A DNA stretch of 64,000 nucleotides from Hypanus sabinus (lineage: Eukaryota). Under the pieces are notes generated by a model, which saw only the letters and a list, made by a program, of their open reading frames with translations, did no database searches and was not told the origin of the DNA. The translations under genes and the position numbers were made by a program. Shown piece after piece: positions 60,701-64,000 of the stretch. The first letter of the stretch is position 1; each line of letters opens with the position of its first letter. The DNA is taken from the NCBI RefSeq assembly GCF_030144855.1, contig NC_082739.1, positions 13,826,001 to 13,890,000 on the forward strand, written 5' to 3'.

Positions 60701-63700
60701 GATGAGAAATGGCTCTTGATGTCAACAGTATTTGACCAAGTGTGATACCAAGGAATGCTTGTAAAATCAAATCAGTCTAGCACCAAAATCCTGAGTGTCC
60801 CAGGTTAATTTAATTTTACTGTATATTTAAATCCTGTAGATGGAAAAAATCTTAAAACATTTGGTGCCACTGATTTTGTTGGAAATTGGGTTGATTTGGT
60901 ATATTGATAAGAGGATAGGAGATGGTTTTTAGAAGTAGACATTTCATGTGCTTAAGGACTGTAATCACTAATCTTCCATATTTAATTTGGGATACAGGGC
61001 ATTAGTTTACTTTAATGGTGACAGTGGAATGTATTATTAAAGATTGTGATTGGAAGTCAGGCAGTATTAATGTAGTTGGTCGAAGATCAGAATGAATAAG
61101 AATGATGTAGATTGCAGTGCAACATGTGATAAACACCAACAATAACAGATTTTTTTGTTGTATTTAATCTGTTATGCTGTACAGGTTATTGATGATCCAT
61201 CTGGAAACAGCTTCATTGAAAATCCATATGCCCCTCAGAAAGATGAAGCCTTAATGATTACTCATTACAAGCGAAATGCTAAACAGGACAGTATGTTGGG
61301 ATTGCAGGTAGGCACATTGCCACAGGTGTGTGAGTTAAATTGTTAGGGTCTGTTTAATCACTGTGGGATAGTCATTTTAAATCTTTACTCTGTCTGGGGG
61401 ACTGGAAGTGGGCAATAATTGGTGACCTTCCAAATGATACCACATTCCAGTAATCCTTGTAAAATTAATTTAACAAAACCTGGGCAATTATTTAAAGGAA
61501 TACTTATAGCAGCAAGAATAACACACAATAGAAGAAAATTTGATTGTCAAATCTGACTGAGAAGATTTTTGTGACAGTCCTCAAATTTAATCCTCAAATT
61601 TCTATTAGAAAGAACAGTTAATCTTAAACTCATTATGGATGGGTCCTTCAGTTTCACTGGGTTTGGCTGAAAATATTGGAAAATGTCTGTACATTAATGA
61701 AGCTCCAACCTGAAGGTTTACTGATGGATTTCTGCCTATGTATATCATTCATGATACTTGAAAACTAATATAGGTCAAAACTCCATGAATAACTTGCCTG
61801 TCTTTTCCCAATTCTTAAATGAATAGATAGAAAGCAATGTATCCAAGTATAATGTGAGAGAAATGTAATGCAAGCATCAAATTAAAGAAGGACACGAGGG
61901 TACACGCTAATAGATAACTAAAAATCTTAATGATGTGGATGACACTCAGATTTATATAACAGTGTCCTCAAGTGACTATGGTTCCATTAATCACTAAAAA
62001 AAAACTGTATTGAACAAATCACTGATTGGATGAGCCAAAATTTCCTCCAGTTAACCAAAGAGAAAACTGGAATAATAGTTTTTGGTGCCAAAAAAGAACA
62101 ATTAAAGGTCAGTGCTCACTTAGAATCCCTGTCATTATAGACCACAAACCGAGCCAGAAACCTTCGTGCTGGGATGAATTCCGACTTAAATTTTAACTGC
62201 CACATTAAGACAATTACGAAGTCAGCCTACTACCATCTTAAAAATATAGTGAGAGTTAAAGGGCTTGTGTCTCAGCAAGATCTAGAAAAATGCGTCCATA
62301 CATTTATTTTTAGTAGGCTTGGCTACTGTAATGGCATTTTCACGGGTCTCTGTAAAAGATCCATCATTCCATGGAGCATGTGGAGATCTTCCAACCACCA
62401 GGCATTCTTTCTTTCTTTCCTTCTTTTTTTTCTATAGGGCAGTTAGGGGGGAGGGGTTAAGGGGAGGGGGTATGGGTTATATACATTGTTTTTTCATACT
62501 TTGTAATCATTTAAAAATGCAATAAAAAATTATTTAAAAAAAAAAGCTGGAGCTCATTCAGAACACTGCTGCTAGAGTTCTAATTAAGACCAAGAAAGAA
62601 CATATCATTCCAGTTTTCATATCGCTGTACTGGCTTCCTGTCCATCAGGTGATTGACTTTAAAATGTTACTACTGGTTTATAAAGCACTTAATGGTCTAG
62701 GGCCAAAATATATCTCTGATCTCTTCTGCATTATGAATCTTCCTGAGCTCTCAGGTCGTCTGGGGCAGGTCTGCTTACTGTCTCCAGGGTCAAAACTAAA
62801 CATGGTGAAGCAGCTTTCAGTACTATGCTGCATATATCTGGAATAATCTTCCAGAGGATCTGAAATCTGCCCCAACTTTAAGCTCCCTTAAATTGGGGCT
62901 TAAAACTATTCTTTTTGCTGTAGCTTTTAATTAGAATATCCTGCACTGTAGCTTCTATTTATCCTATCTGTTTTCTGTGTGATTTTGTTCTCTTATCTAT
63001 TCTGAAATTTGATGCTTGATTTTTATGTCTTGTTCTATGTAAAGCACTTTGAACTGCCTTGTGTTTAAAAAGTATTATACAAATAAGCTTGCCTGCTAAA
63101 AATCTCATGAGCAGGAGCATAAAAGTAATAGAGGGATTTACTAGAAAACAGTTAGGTCACTAGTATTGCAAAGTTTGGTTAAAACATTCCTATACTGTGT
63201 ACATTTCTGGGAACCACAGTTATGGTCTTAACAAATGATGGAGTAGCTTCAAATGGCCAGATGGCCTCTTACTGCTCCTATTTCCATGATTCTGTTGGCT
63301 ATTATGTCATCATAATTTTGATTTATCTTAAAAACTCTACAGAATTTGATTCATAAATTTCACAGTAACAAGTATAAAACAAGAATGTCAATCAGTCCAT
63401 TGAACCTGTTCCACCATTCAGTGAGAGCAAAGATAATCTGTGAACCAAATACATTCACCTGACTTTATCCCATTTGCTGATTTCATAGATTAACTCTGAA
63501 GTACTGATTATAGTTAGTTTCAGCCTGTTGCCTTGAACTTGTGGCAATAATGGCAGTGCAATGGCTTTGAAAAATATGTTTTTTTTTCTGTGGGCCTTGG
63601 GGTTAGAGATGAATTTCCAAAGCTGTTTGTTGAGGGCCTTGAACAGAAACCAGATGAAACTTCCTCTTGTTGGGGAAGTCAACCTGGATTAAATTTTTAA

Positions 63701-63901
63701 TTGCTTGGCAGTCAGTTTGAGTGGAACCATTGAGCACCTTAGCTTGGCGATGCAGTTGAACTGGAGCAACCCATGAAAAATAAATGCGACAAAAATGAAG
63801 CCTGGTTTTCTAGGATTGTTTTACTTGGTTTGATCTCTTTCCAGGAATGGACACAGGAGGAGAAGAAGACTGAAAATATCCAAGAAGATTTGAGGAATGA
63901 A
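54789..63901 (+). CDS. zpr1: Zinc finger protein ZPR1, 5' part (exons 54789-54914, 55972-56133, 57236-57326, 59165-59235, 59859-59945, 61185-61307, 63845-63901); continues beyond the window
   Basis: The exons splice in frame (126/162/91/71/87/123/57 bp, all GT-AG). They encode [54 protein letters not shown] (C4 zinc finger), DLNREVVK...[23 protein letters not shown] and EDLRNE. The APOA-ZPR1 linkage is known from mammals. Confidence 0.97.
54955..55132. mobile_element. Short inverted pair of Penelope-like termini just inside zpr1 intron 1
   Basis: ATGCTGGAGG...AAAAGAGTACGGTCG is followed by the inverted CCGACTGTACTCTTTT...CCTCCAGCAT and CCAGCATCTGCAGATTTTCTC. Confidence 0.7.
56386..56772 (+). 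mobile_element. Short non-autonomous retroposon with (TAAG)n tail in zpr1 intron 2 (probably RTE-derived)
   Basis: Ends TGCTGCCCTAAGTGCCAGTGGCATAAAGGGCAG..AAGTAAGTAAGT, a typical RTE-like 3' end. Confidence 0.55.
61935..63095 (+). mobile_element. L2-clade LINE 3' portion in zpr1 intron 6, with a nested polyA-tailed insert (~62369-62545)
   Basis: DDTQIY...[64 protein letters not shown], and a TGTAAAGCACTTTG...ACAAATAA tail. Confidence 0.85.
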
Positions 63902-64000
63902 GTAAGTATGTTTGTGAAGACTTCAAAATAAGAACAATCTGACCTATTAAACTAATAATTTTCTTGTATTGGAAATTTGCCACTGTCCCCATGAGACATA

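Overview
Vertebrate genomic DNA. The repeat landscape (Penelope-like, CR1, Rex1/Babar, V-SINE) suggests a cartilaginous fish, probably a ray; this is an inference. The window covers the apolipoprotein cluster next to zpr1. It contains (i) four intact 4-exon apoA-IV-like genes on the minus strand in a ~7-8 kb tandem array (24.8-49.6 kb), (ii) a strongly diverged, C-terminally truncated apoA-IV paralog on the plus strand (16349-20895, 225 aa) whose 3' UTR still carries the decayed remains of the lost C-terminal codons, and (iii) the first seven coding exons of zpr1 (54789-63901, +). The array architecture is the main finding. Two old paralogs (A = copy 1, B = copy 4) have diverged 5' exons, introns and 3' UTRs but an almost identical 901-bp last coding exon. 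The two middle copies are anti-Lepore-type hybrids with an A-type promoter and 5' exons and a B-type 3' UTR and flank. The rest is transposable-element debris (solo LTRs, MITEs, LINE fragments, SINEs), degenerate minisatellites and one 157-N assembly gap. All exon calls and identities were read by eye.
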